Positions 24,689 to 39,004 of a stretch of 64,000 nt of DNA are shown here, in pieces. The position numbers and the translations under genes were made by a program. Below the pieces are notes generated by a model. It had not been told where the DNA came from, ran no database searches, and saw only the letters and a list, made by a program, of their open reading frames with translations. Where the stretch lies: contig CDPCPM010000275.1 in assembly GCA_976551045.1 (NCBI GenBank), forward strand, positions 3,844,001 through 3,908,000. The letters run 5' to 3'. The DNA is from Glaucostegus cemiculus. Its lineage: Eukaryota. Every line of letters begins with the position of its first letter. The first letter of the stretch is position 1.

Positions 24689-27600
24689 CTGTTTAACTTA
24701 ATAGGCAGACCAAATTGCCATTTACTCCTCCACAGAATATATTTCCTTAAAAATGCACCTCTTTGGACCTGTTGGGCAACCCTATACTTGCAGTTCATCT
24801 TCTGCAGTTTGACCACTCACTAAGTTTGATTTTCGCTGTAATTTTCTCTTTCCACTTTGAGAATAATATATCATTTTGAAATGAACCACGTTTAAGCATT
24901 AGGTAAGGGGAAGAATTACAGACATAACCAATGATTTGCAAAGCTATACTCCTGGGGTCACTTCTGCTTTTAGCCCAAATCATCTGGTGCAAGAGTTGAA
25001 TATAATTTAAACATAAAATAGAACTGCCAATTTTATGCATTGAATTTATTTATACTCTAAAACATTGATAATAAGAGGATATTAAAGTATAGTTTTTTTT
25101 GGAATTGATGAAAGGAGGAGGTTGGTCAGACTTCTCAGTATGGGTTTAAGTGATTTCTTACAGTCTCATATTTTCTCAGAAGCTGTAACCCCACAGATTT
25201 TCCAAATGCCTATCAAACTGATACCAACAGGGATAAAATGTTGACTTATCAAACCATGTGACATAAGCATTGAATCTGGAGTGTTGCCTGCCACGATCAC
25301 TGGTTATCATTTCAATACTGAATGAAGAATTAAGTTGCCTGTTGTTCTTTCCTTAGTAATTTGGAACAGTTGAAACTTAGACTGGTCATTCTATTGGAAG
25401 AAATATTTTAGTTCACTAAAGTAATGAATAACTTGGACAAAGAACTGCAGCAACATGAGGAAAACCATGTTATTCTAATATTTTCATGGATCATCATCCA
25501 GTGTTATGGTGAAGCAAGATAATTCCTGTTTAATTTCACTCCCCCATTAATTGAATTGCTTGTTATTTGCTAACATATTGTCTTTTTCAAAAGAAATACT
25601 GCATAAAATAAAACTTGTATTTAATTGTTAATTATTTTCCATTTCCTAATGGGTGATACTTTAAACTATATTCACATAATGCAGTCAAAATTTTAAGTGA
25701 AATGTGCACATTTGGCTGCTGGGCATACCAATGAATTCCTTCATTGTGGATATCAGGTATAGTGGTACATACACAGAACTTATGTAGAAGTACACAGGAC
25801 TGAGAATGAAGATTAACTATTTTCTCAATTTGTGTAACTTTGGTTCTAATGTTATATTCAACAGAAGCATGTTGATGTAATGAAAGCTCAAGTGACACTT
25901 CTAATACTCCATTTTAAATCATTGTTATATGATTCATCCAAAAGAATTATAGCATATATTGCCTCCCAAACCATGTTTTTTTTCCATGATTTGCAAGAAA
26001 AAGTAACTGGCAACTAATACTAATACTGTTGCCATGAAATGTTTCAATCTAATTGATTTAAAACATTTCTGGCCCTAATTCCTAATAGAGAGTTGTTTGT
26101 TGAAGTGTTAACTCGTATTTCTTTTCACTTTTGAAGGAGTTTGTATTTATACAGCACTGTATCATTTCCCTCACCTAAATTACCCTTGAAGGAAATGTAG
26201 TCATGCTAAACATGACAACCAATTTGTGCTTATCTAGGTTCTATAATCAGGAAATGTTTGCCTTTTGATTGCGTCCGTTATGGGAAGTATGTTGTTCAGA
26301 ACAACATTAGAATACTCTTCTCAGCAAATAGTACCAGAAAACCTAGTTATGTAAATTGTTCATCAATGACATCTTATTTATATTGCAAAGTATTTGTAAT
26401 AAAATTTCATAATTGTGGGTGTGCAATTGTTTTAAATTTACTGCCTGATAATCATTGCTTTCATAGTCAAATACTTTCTATGTTAGCAGGGAAAGACAGA
26501 AAATTCCATATGGGTCAGTAGGAGCAAACCTGCTTCACACAGAGGCAGGCAGGAGTACCTTAATTATTCAGTCCCCTGGCAGTTATAATTTTTTCCTGCT
26601 GCCTGTCCAAAAACAATTTTTTAATGGGTATTTTATTGATCTTAAAAATCTGTGCATCTGTGGACGAAATGTCACTGCAGCTCCCTTAGGAATTTGCTAC
26701 TGACAGATTCGTTAATCAGGTCTTTAAAAACAAAACTTTAATGACATCTCTGTATTGCTTTCCCTGATATATGTATTTGTATTTTTGCACTGCTTTTCCT
26801 ATAACCTGTAGGAGGTGAATTTAACAGCAAAGTAATAAAATAATTAAAGTTAACCATGAGATTAACATAGAACTAGTTCCATGCATCTAAACACAAGTTC
26901 AGTTATGCAACTTCACATAATTTCACAAACATATAGGAACACCTTGCATTTTTGTTGAACCAGAATGGATGAACAGTCTTGAGACTGGTTTCAAGACCCT
27001 TGGGAATGTATGTCTTTGATTCTGTCCAGACTCCAAACTATCTATACTTGAAACTACTGTTGATGTAGTGGATTTAGGCAATCCTCACGCTTACTGTTCC
27101 TGTGCAGAAATTATTGATCCATTATAGATTTTGTTTAAGTTTTTATGGAGTGAATATATGGAAGGAGATGCATTGATCACCTAGCTTTAGACTGATAAAG
27201 CTAAGAATTTTCACAGATTTTATTTAGATTTGAAAATTATATTACCCAGTAAAAAAATCACTTTCCTCAGGAGCAGAACTCATGCCACAATTACTTATAA
27301 TGACATGACTCACAATATTTATAAAAGCACAAAATCAGTATTATCTTATTAAACAACAATGTATTTAAATTTCATTCAGTTTATGTTTATGGTTAAGTGT
27401 GAATTAGAAATTAGGCATTCGACCAGAGTTTTGTGTTGCAATTTAGGAATGTAGGACAAAAGGAACAGGAGGGTTATGATCTTGTTTTGTCAGCAATGAT
27501 CTAGACTTTACTGTTTTGACTCACTATTTTCCCCTCTGTCTTAATATATTTGGTTAGAACAATCCACTAAATCAGAGATTTACAAGCTGGCTTGAATGTT

Positions 27601-28104
27601 TTACTGACCAACAAGTTGCAACTTTGCCGAGATGATAATTCATAATTTTCAAAACCTGCTTTAACCTGTCAGCAGGCACAGTTTTCTATTGGAAGCTGTC
27701 TCCCAGCAGATTAGTAAGTCCCAGAGCAGTGCAGGGCATTCTCGATCAAAAATATAACAGGCTCCACCTCCAGAATTGCTTTGAGAGCCAGTTAAGCCCT
27801 GCCCTCAGGCTTACTGGCTTTGACATTCACAACTGTTCAAAACCTAAAAATTAAAAATATAAAACTATTCCTGCATCAGGAAACTCACAAGCATAAACAA
27901 GACATTGCAATTAATGGAATTAAATAATGAAAAAGGAAATTCCTTGTCCAAATGCTGGAAGATATTTGGAAGTTTGTGCTGCTGTGCTAGACTTGTGGGA
28001 AGTCAACACCTGGCCTGGGATCAGCGATGAGCTGACCAGATGATCTAAGCTTTCACCTTTGCTCAATACCCCAAACATCCACCCCATGATGTGTAACCAT
28101 TGTA

Positions 28105-28800
28105 TTTTAATAGGAAGAGCCAGGCCATTGACAAACGACTTAGCATCAATTGCTCTTTGCTGAAGAGAGTTCCAAACTTCTACCTCTTTTGCACGCAGAA
28201 TTGGTTCCTAATATCACTCTTAAAAGGCCTGGCTCTAATTTTTACATTTTGTCCCCTAGGCCTAGGCTCCCTAGTCAGCAGAAATCATTTGTCTCTATCT
28301 ACACTATCAGTTCCCCTTAATGTCTTTGATGAAATCACCCTTTAACCTTCTCAAATGCAAGGAATACAACCTTAGTTTATGTTATTTCTGTTTCTAATTT
28401 ACCTTTTAGAGTCTAGAGATATAATCCTGGTAAATCAGTGCTGCAATCTCTCCGAATCCAACATGTCCTTTCAACAGGACTTTCAGAGTATCCCAGGTGT
28501 GATCTAACCGTGACCTTACACCACTATGGATAAAACGTCTACCCTCTTGTACTCTGGATCTCTAGAAAATCATCCATTGGCCTTTTTGATCATTTCCTGC
28601 AGCTGTATATATTTTAAAATTCCATGCCATTAGCCTTGCATCTTTTTGGGCAACCATTGCTTCCAATTTTATTCCATTTGGAAAATGTTCTTCTATCTTT
28701 TTTAGTTCATGACCTCACATTTGCCTAGATTGAAATTTATCTTCCGGAGATTTTATCTGTTTGGTTAATCTCTCTAACTTAATGCTTCTATCTATGCTGC
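28105..28800 (-). mobile_element. CR1 LINE 3' fragment, degenerate
   Basis: Typical antisense CR1 3' phrases (GAGAGTTCCAAACTTCTACC, TCACCCTTTAACCTTCT, CCAGGTGTGATCTAACC, CCATTGGCCTTTTTGAT). Confidence 0.7.
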
Positions 28801-29332
28801 TTAAACAGAGTCACCTGTGTAGGTCACATATAAAACATGTGACAACATGACTCTTTTGGTGATCAGCGCTGTGAAGTTTTACTTGCACTTTTTTCAGGAT
28901 TCTGGGTATGTCAAACACCTGTGACCAGTAGGACTGGGATGTGAGAGTCATGGTAGGGTGAGCAAAAATGCCTTCTTAGCCAGAAATACCAGCATTAATT
29001 GGCTGTAAAAACACTGCCTTATATTCACATGTTTCCAGTTGAATGCTGTTTCTGTATTTGATTTTGTTTCCAGTTTGTATTTCTTTCCACCCCGAAATAT
29101 TGAGCAGACTTTAAATCAGCCAGGTGTTTGTACAACAGATTATGAGTTGCGAAACTGGTTGCAATGTAGGTGCAGACTTTTGCATCCCGAGATTTTGAAC
29201 TGTTCTGAAAGGATGCGCGGCTAGAATTCTTTAATGGACCGCTAAACAAGGGCATGGGGGTAGAGTGGCGGTGTCTGTTGGACTGGCAGCCACTGCTGGC
29301 TGGGGTTGGGGGAGAAGAAGGAATGTAGATCT

Positions 29333-29761
29333 TGGGAGTGGGATGTTACTGTGAGTCCTCCCCTTGTGTGTGTGTGTGTGGGGGGGGGGGGGGGAACAGG
29401 CTAGGAGGTGATTGTGGGCTTCTAGGTGGGTATGGGTTCTTCTCTGTGGGTGAGCCCATAGGATTAAGAGTCTGGATGATATGGAGTGGAGTATTTAGCC
29501 TTTAGAATTGGGAAACGTCCACAGAATTTGGCTGGGGAGAAGGGCGAGTGGCTGAATCAGTGAACCGAGTCTGTAGGTCCAGGGACGTGAACAGGTTCAG
29601 TTCGGAGGACGGGGGGTACAGGGTGGTGGGCTGGGAAACTAGCAACTCCACGGGCCCCAGGGTTTGGGCAGTCGGGACACTTCCCTGGTCTCGAAGTAAC
29701 TGAAACGAACCGTTGTGACGAAGGGTCCCCGGACCCGAAAGATTGACAGTTTCTCCTTCCA
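29333..29761 (-). repeat. inverted duplication, copy 2 (probable source)
   Basis: Matches 24280-24688 and contains an expanded (TG)n plus a G-run. Confidence 0.95.
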
Positions 29762-29836
29762 CAGATGCTGCCCGACCCGCTGAGTTTTTAACCCCCAGCA
29801 TTTTCTGGTTTTGTTTCAGAGTTGCAGCATCTGCAA
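29715..29836 (+). mobile_element. Penelope-like element terminal repeat with degenerate hammerhead motif
   Basis: GTGACGA-A-GGGTC(cccg)GACCC-GAAA...CACAGATGCTGCCCGACCCGCTGAGT...CCAGCATTTTCTG...CAGCATCTGCA. Confidence 0.7.
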
Positions 29837-29864
29837 GTCATTTTTGATTATTTTCATCAGTTAA

Positions 29865-30380
<516 letters not shown>

Positions 30381-31423
30381 CATCCCACATTCCACCCCCA
30401 GCCCCCGCCCCCTTAAAATACAGCTACACAGGGACCCCCCAGAACTAGAGACACCCAGGGGCACTCTGCCGTAGCTGAAACAGTCCATCTAATACTTGAG
30501 CTAATTGAAAATTAATTGATCAAGCCAAAGAAAACAAAATAGCACATGGACTCTCATCCCTACTGAAGACCCATCTATAAAGTTTGACCAAAGGGAAAGT
30601 AACTAACATTTGCCGTTCAGTGATCTTCGATGCTGGCGGATTATCAATCCAGAACAGCAGGGCAATGCTAGACCCAACAGTGCACTCAGAACAACGGCCT
30701 CGCCCCCGGCTCCTTTTATTGGGGAGAGGGCAGTGGTGGGGAGCGGCAGAGGGAAACTTCGGCAGCTACTCTTGTTAGCTGATCCCGTCTGTAAAATGGT
30801 CCAGACTGGCCACATGAAATAGTTGGCATTGACTAATTCGAAGGATCAATGGCTAAATTCTGAGCGTACTTTTCTATGGATCTAAAGGAGAAAGGTGTCA
30901 ACTGAACGCCCATAACTCGCCCTTTGAGGAAAACGACGCCACGCCAGCAGCCCGATAAGAGGATATTTTTTAAATATAAAAGTGACAATTTATTAGATAT
31001 ATTTCAGAAAATGCATTGAAGCATGCAAAAAAAAACCAAATACGCTGACAGTCGTTCATTAGCCAGCCTGAGACTTAAACTTACAGGGTTCATGTCATCT
31101 GATGGAAACGTCCATTTTTGTGTCGCTTTCGTATATTTAAAAGCATGGTTTACTTCATCGCTTGTCAAGTATTTATTTTGCGGAAATATTTGCTCTGGTG
31201 GTTGTCCGGTTTCTGCGCATTTCAACTTTCTTTTTCAAACCTCTCACGGTTAATGGGAGCTGCCTTACAGACGGCCAATAACTTACTGATCATCTTTAAT
31301 TGCAATATTTTAGTTTCCAAAATAATAGATATATAACTGCAGGTCGAAAACGGGAGGACTTGCTGGGATGGTAACTATATTACGGGCAAACTAAGGTTTA
31401 TTTGGTGTCTAATATTCCAGCTT

Positions 31424-31466
31424 TGTATATACGTTTACAATCAGCGATTTAAATTGTATTTATTTA
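31424..31466 (+). promoter_or_regulatory. 3'UTR Pumilio element (TGTATATA, 31424-31431) and AU-rich element (ATTTATTTA, 31458-31466)
   Basis: Exact motif matches only. Function is inferred. Confidence 0.45.
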
Positions 31467-32212
31467 CAAGTTATATTTAGAATAGAGTCGTCTACCTTTC
31501 AGCGTTTTAACGGATTTGCTGTATTAGTGGTCACCTAACACTTTCCATTGGTTCCTATTTCTTTAAATCCGTGGAAATGTCGCGCGAAGTGGGCATTGCT
31601 TCTGACTGAGGGATGTTTGGTTTTCAACCCCGGGAGCAGTTTGGGAACATTCAGTTCCATCGGAATGTTGCACTGACATAAAGTTGTAAAATTGTTACAG
31701 TCAGCACTTGTGCACCCTACATTCCCATTTGTTAAATCGTCTGGGGCACATTTTTTGAGGTTTGAATTGGTTTATAATTTGTGTTACGTTTGTTCCGAAA
31801 GGCGTTTTGTTATCGGGTTAGCGCAGAAAATGCCTACCCGGAAAGCATAGCACCTGAACTTGGTGGCTTTTTTAAAATAAGACAATCATTGTCTATGTGG
31901 CACTCACGTTTCTGGCACCGTTTCATCATTGCTTCGCATTCGACGTGTCTTAAATGTTGTACATTTTTAAATGGATCTTTTTTTTAGTTATAACAGTACA
32001 ATATTGCAAAAAATAGATATAACCCAGGCCAGTAAAAATGTCATCGCAATTAATTTAACCGTGGATAACTTTAATCTAGTATAATGTGTTGTATGCTTTT
32101 GGTGGTCTGATTGAACCGTACCTTGATCAAGGTTCACCGAATAACCTTAATCTTTATACCACCCCTTAATGTTTAATGGCTATTTATAAGGAGAGTTATT
32201 TTCAACGTTGAA

Positions 32213-32218
32213 AATAAA
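32213..32218 (+). terminator. polyadenylation signal AATAAA
   Basis: AATAAA followed by a GT/T-rich downstream tract (tgtgttattgtttgt). Confidence 0.65.
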
Positions 32219-32474
32219 ACTGCTATAGTTGAAATGTGTTATTGTTTGTATATTGACATGTGAAGACGTGTGTTGGTTCCAGAAATACTTTTATCAATTC
32301 AATATTTTCTTTCTTTTTAAAGCTCTCCCAAACTTTATTTCAATCGGAGCGGTACCCTTCTAATCGTATTTCTTTTTAGTCGCTATCAACAGAAACATTA
32401 ATCGGCATTAACGAGAAGCATCAGCGATTTACTTTGCTTTTCAGTAACAGGGAACCAGCTTCCTTTTCTTTCCA

Positions 32475-32525
32475 ATGATGCTGCCTGACATGCTGAGTGT
32501 TTCCAGCAGTTTCTGGTTTTATTCC
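32475..32525 (+). mobile_element. Penelope-like/SINE tail fragment
   Basis: GATGCTGCCTGACATGCTGAGTGTTTCCAGCAGTTTCTG. Confidence 0.65.
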
Positions 32526-35499
32526 TTCTCTTATTGATTTGAAGTACTATCAATTGGAGGCTAAGGCGCCAACATCGTTTAACAGGGTAGCGCGGGAAGC
32601 AGGTGGGAAGAGTGGGAACGAAGTGTCATTTCTTCCACTGTTTTTGAAAGATCCATCTGAAGATAGGAGCCAAGCGTTGGCATGTTCTGCCTCGGCCATC
32701 CAAGAAGGCGCTCCGGAGTTTTAAAGCATTGCCTCTACCACTATAAAAGACACAGTCCTTTGTAGCGAAGTCTGACAGTTTCTTCTTCATCACTGATTTG
32801 GAGACAGGAAGACATAAATTGAAGGAAAGATAACCTTGTTAAAATCTTCTTCATGTTCCGATGCTGTAAAGCAGAGCCTCTCAGGGGGTGCCGCGCTCGG
32901 ATTCCCTTGCCATTCACTCCATCTGTTTCCAAACCTCTTTAAATGAGAAAATACTGCTCTCCCCTCACCCCCCGTCCTACTTGTCTTACTGGAATTTGGT
33001 ATTAACCGAAAGTAAGGCAGTCAAAAGCAAACCCATATGCTCTAAAATACCCCGAGGTATAAATCCGAGCTGGCTGGGTCTTCCCAAGCCCGCCTTTCGT
33101 TCAAATATTTCCAGCTTACTTTGTCAGCTTCATTTGTTGTATTCTATTAGTAGTTTGATGTCGCCGCACTGAGGGAAAATGTTGTATTTGATCTGAAAAT
33201 GTCCATCGGCATCCATCCACTTGAATGCAAACCAGATATTCTAAAACCAGTTTGCAATAGTTATTTTGGGACTGTTAGCATTTTCTAGGGCACGCATCCT
33301 GTCTGCCAGAGTGGGATAACCTAGGGGGCAAAAATATATGGACTGGGCTAAACTTGAGCATTCGGTTTACCAAACTCCCAGCAATTTGAATTTTTATCCT
33401 AATCAGTATGTTTCCTTCAAAAATCCACTAGTAAAATCATCTCTTCCTTTGACAGATCCTCAAAAGATGATACATGCACACATAACTAAATGAATTTGCC
33501 AGATATTCTGTTTTTGTCCAGTACCTTGGACTGCGCGTAAACAACTCCTTTTACCAAACTCACGAGGTAATCTTCCACTTGAACAAATTTGTCAAATGTC
33601 CATTTGATGATAATGCACACTCTTGTTCTGAAACTTCCCCACGTTTAACAACAGACCGCTAAAGGCATCATTCCAAATATAAGCACTCCATTAGAAACGG
33701 TTTCTTTGCAGTAAAATAATTTGCGGTACTTTAACAGTGAACAATCTGTTTCAGTTCTCTTTACCCACCAAACCCCTCCCCCAACTCACATACACTTCTC
33801 CACATTGTTGATCAATGCTCTCAGTTTGGGAAAATTTACATGTCAGCGTTTTTCCGCTGTTCAGATGGCCCGTCTAGTTTCTGCGTCATTGCCAACAGCA
33901 TAGCTTTCGGTCTTACAAATCGCCTTCATGTACATCCCTTCAAATCAAAGGCGCTTTTTAAGCCTAGAGAACCTCGCAACAATTACTCCAATTGTGTATT
34001 TGCACTGTGCATAACTGGTAAAACTAAACACAAAACAATTGAATCTTGTATATACTGTCAGCCTACAAGCACAAAACCCACAGATAGGTTTCCCGGGAAC
34101 TAAATGAACGTGTTGGGTAGCTGAAAGGTGGAAACAGTTCAGGTCTGCAAGATCCCGTTCTCTGAAAGTACCGCCAAATTCAGATATTTAACTTTCCTGA
34201 AACTTAAGTATGTTTGGCTAAGTATTTGTCACCCCATTCCTCACTCCGAAATTGTGGGACGGGAAGTAAGTCAACGCTTTGGTTATTCCAAATCAGCAAT
34301 TTATGGAATGACCAAGTCATCGGGGCACACCTGGGAAATCTGCTTTGGAAGTCCGCTGAATTCCCCGACGTGACACAAAGTTGTTTAGTTAGAGAGAGCT
34401 CGGGCAGAAGGAGTGGTGGCGCGTCGCTTCCTGAGATGCAGAATGGCGATGTTGAAATGTCCATTCCTACATTCATTCTGGGATTGAATAATCGCGCCCA
34501 ATTCGTCTCCCAGTAAAAGAGCTGTACAGGTAGGTAATGAAAAATTGCTCCTGAGTGTTATGGCAATAGGGCAACAACCAACTTTCTTAGGGCATTCACA
34601 CTTTGACACTTCATAGTAGGTGAGTCAGCTTTGAAAGTAGCAAGATAAAGGCATAAAGGCATTGTTTTAATAAACAATGTCATATGAAAAAGGGATAATG
34701 GTTATTGACCCTACTTTATAAATATAAGACCACAGGATTTAACTGTTTAACCCAAAGAGTAACATTTCAGAACTGATGAAATACACTTTTAAGTTAACTT
34801 GATGTGCATCATAAAGTGTTAGGGGATTCAAAGCAGGAATAACAAAGCCTTTACCCATCATCTTTCATATATTCTTGAATATAGGTTGTAGTTGAGATTT
34901 GGAGGATTGCCAATATAACACTTCTATTTTAAATCCGTGAGTTATGGAGCCAACTATGGGTACTGGTAGAGGATAAATGTCTACAGGCCATAACGTGGGC
35001 TTGTAAATACTCACTTGTAAAGATATGAGCTAGTTAAAAACAGCCAGCACACATTGCAAATGGTAATTTGGATTTTTCAAATTTAATAGAATTCTTAAGG
35101 AAGTTAACAGTATACTGAAAAGGAAATACAATAAAAGTTGTGTATATGGAATTACAAAGGCATTTGCTAAAAAGCTGTAAAGTAAGCTTGTTGATAAAAT
35201 GAACACATAGTATTGAATAACATGGCAACGCAGAGCAAACTGGTGAAAAGACAAAGAATATAGATTATTGGTAAACTTTTCTTGGGGTCAGAGGTTTATA
35301 AGCAGTAGTGCCTAGTTAAGTTTTAAAAAATAATAATTTATAGGTGAATTTAAGGGAATCATATGTCCACGTTTGAAAATGCCAAGAAAATCAGGGATTA
35401 CCTGTGATCAATGAATAATGAGAAACATCAGATAATATACTTTGGGGGAAGACTGGGAAGAAGAAACATGTACAAAATACTGAAACTTTAAAATGAGCA

Positions 35500-36120
35500 A
35501 AAAAGGAAGACTTAGAGATTCATCAACTCTTCTTAAAAAAGAGTAATAGTTAATAAAATAATAATAAAGGCAAATGGGATCTTAGTTCTTATTAATGGGG
35601 CCATGAAGCTCACAGGAAGATGTAATGCTAAACCAATGAGATATTTGACTGGCCTGTGGTTGGAATAATATATTTAGTTTTGTGTGTCCTTCAGAGGTTA
35701 CGTCAAAGGCACAGAAACGGCAGAGAAATGATTTACTTAGATGATGGCAGGGATCAGGCATTAGCCATGGATGAAAGGTAGAGAACTTGGGATCTTTTCA
35801 TTAGAGCAGAGCATGGGAAATCTGGCACAGGTTACAAAGTTATGTTGGTTTTTAAAATGGTAAATAAAGGAAAATTATTTCCACTAGTTGGTTGGTCAAT
35901 TAATGGAGGACACAGATTTAAGGCCATCTCTAAAAGAACTAAAGGAGCAAATTATAACAATTTGTTAATACAGAGGGTTCGTCATTTGGAGAATTAGAGT
36001 CAGAATTCATGTGGCTTTATAAAGGAATGGGACAATTTATTATTCAAAAATGCATAATTGTAGGAGAATGGAATCAAGTTGATGGCTCTCTTAAATAGTC
36101 AGCAGGGCACAATGAGCAAT
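35500..36120 (+). mobile_element. old CR1 3' fragment
   Basis: Degenerate CR1 ORF2 C-terminal and 3'UTR phrases (AAGGCAAATGGGATCTT, TCTTTTCATTAGAGCAGAG, GGAGGACACAGATTTAAGG). Confidence 0.6.
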
Positions 36121-39004
36121 GCAAACCCATATGCTTGGGAGGCATATTTAAAGGTTGTATTCCAACTGATGCATTCTTTTCATTCACTTACAGAGGCAGC
36201 TTGGGCTATTTGTTGACCATTTGCGAACCAGTTTTGGATAGAAAATGGTAAATGCAACTGTTTAAAGACTTAAATTAGTTTGTCACTAATTTTGTTCACA
36301 TAAGATTAACCTAAATGATAAAGGGTGCATCTATAATTAACTGCAGTAGAATTGAAGTATCAATGTTTGTAATCAGGAAAACAAGGATTGTACTTCCAGA
36401 AATATCTTAAAGATATGACATATAGGCAATGTTTGTCATTATCTGGAAGGAGCTAGCAATTGACAAGGTTTCCATTCAAAGTCATCAACTACAATATTCT
36501 GACAATAAAAAAAACCTTACATTTAGACTTTCACATGAGATGTATGATGTGCTTACTATGAAACCACGTTGATAGCTAATTGGTTTAATAAAGACAAATG
36601 AGATAAAGTAGTTTAATTCGCTATTGAATTATGTAATATTGTCTGTTACAATTTCAAGAAAGGCAAGAAGTGAATCAGATACTCTTCTTGAATCTTGATT
36701 TAACATTAATCACCAAATGATGATATTCTAAATAATTACAAAAGAAAATATGTGCCTTTAATGGGCCTTTATCAGGTTTTTGGAAATAGGCTAGTTTTCC
36801 TAATTGCAAATGTTGCAGTTTTAATTCTATTGTCGTCACCGAGTTAATCTTTATAAAAAAGCAGGTGCTTGTTAGGACAAGACATAAACTGCAACACTTA
36901 TCATTAATAAAAATATCAAATGTTTGCAAATATTCAAAATTTGTTGCAAAACTGAAAAAATCAACATCTGTAGGAAGACATCTCTAAAAATGCATAGGCC
37001 TAAAAACTTACCAAGTTCTGCTCCAGGACAATCTGTCACCATGAAACATAATCACTATTGTCAAGGACGTTTATCTTGTTCTGGAAAATAAATGTAGTTT
37101 CAGGGTATGGTGATTATAGCGATGTGTGTGCTACATGTCTGCCAAATTTCAACTTCCACAGGCTGCTGATAGGGTTCCAGACTTCACATAACAGTCTCCA
37201 TTTTCTGCTTTAATAAACTATTGTGGAGAGGATAGAGAAATAAATCATCAACATCATCCAGCTACAAATCTCACTTAGATATGCTTTGTATTTACTGGAA
37301 GTTGTCAGTTTCAGTTAAGTCTATACATTCTGTGTTTCTGTATAAACCTTTTCTAAATCCAACCATTTATTTCCATTCCATAGCATTTGCGAACAAACTA
37401 ATACATTGATTGCCTGGATTCGTTCAGTTAAAATGTCCAGCAAATTAAGTAGTCAATTTAATGAGAAATTTAAGTAAAACAGAAAATAATATTAAAGAAA
37501 TAATTGTATTTTCTCATATGAATTTATATATGATTGTTGCTATAGGGAGCATGCTTTGGAACTCATAATTTCAGAAACATCCTGTCTCGCATTCTGAAGT
37601 TTGCTAGCACATTTAATATCTCTACTGTATCCTGATGGACAATAATTTAAGACTAAAAGTTCAGTTCATATTTATTCAATCATATCTTTAACATTGATTT
37701 TTCATTTCTTTTGGTTCCAAATTAGCTGGTTCCCCTGTATTTTCTTGGTGTTTGATCTCGCATGTACTATTCTCTAGATATTCTGGCCAAGTCAGAACAC
37801 TTCTAGTGCTGTTCTGTGATCACTTGAGGTTTGCTTGTTTCCTGACTTCCCTTCTTAGTGTGACTATGATTGAAACTTATTTCATAGATGGTCTCGGATT
37901 CCAACATTATATCTTTGAGGGTTTTATACATCTCATCATCATGCTGATGAATTCAAATTTACTTTTAAGCTTAGTAGGTACTGAGGGTGAAAAGCATGAA
38001 AGCTTATCAGCATTTCATGGTTAGATGTTCTTCAAAAAAATTGCTGGCAACTTAATCCCAATATTTTACGAGTGATTTTAGATCCCTAGATAAAAAGGCA
38101 GTGGAACAGCTGCAGGGTTGGTTACTGCAAGTTTGAACATTTTAACAAGTAGGATGATTAAAGATGGCAATCTCTCCAGAATGGGACTAATGACTTAAAC
38201 AAACAAAATTGTCTGTAAATGAATTTAGGTCATAGGAGCACAATCAATAAAATGAAAATGTATGTTCTAAAAAATGAGTACTTGGGAGCTACATATTTAA
38301 GAGACGAACAATTGATTTGGAATTCCAGGAAGGTTGAGTTGTTACTTAGACTTAACATAAATATACAGTGCAGAAAAATCTGTGTTAGGTCCAGCCATAG
38401 TTCCTTCCTGTCAGTGAGTAGTTATCAATTTCAGTTAATTTTGTCATATGGAACTCCCATTGACCATGCAAAACTTTCTGTAGGGCTGAGAACCACAAAC
38501 CCAGCTGCTGTAGGAGCAACTGACAAGTGCTAGAAAATACCTATCATCAGTTTTATAATAATAAAAATGTAACTTAGTAGAGGGATAGCATCCCTAATTT
38601 ATGGAATTCTGCCAAAATGTCATGCCACCAATTGAAACATAATGTAAATTAAATCTGGTGGCGAAAGGTGACATCTTCATTTAACAGCATTGTAAGCAAG
38701 AAGTTCTGAATACCAGGCCTGAAAATCTTGTGAATAATCAGCAGTGGATTCAGTATTGGGATTTGACCAGTTACTTTCGCTGCTCATAGTATTATGGTAA
38801 AGCAGTTATCAACCATAATTTTAATTTGTTATATTAGTTAGTATAGCTAAATAATTTTCTTAAATCTATACAGTTTTATTGGAATTAATATTAAGGTGGC
38901 ATTTTCAATCAAAGCAGGTTTAGTAGGATTTAGTAGGATGGGTATAGAAAGTGCAATGCTAAATCTTTAAATATCTGACTTTTTTATTTGACATTGTAAG
39001 TATA

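Larger units (their letters stand above)
30381..32240 (+). other. wnt5a: wnt5a 3'UTR (approximate end)
   Basis: Repeat-free sequence after the stop codon, running to the first AATAAA I found (32213). Contains AU-rich motifs. Confidence 0.65.

Noticed and set aside
24195-29801. Paralogous small proteins (114 aa on +, 99 aa on -)
   Set aside because: The similarity only reflects the inverted duplication; many differences are CpG transitions that change amino acids, and there are no shared starts or splice signals.
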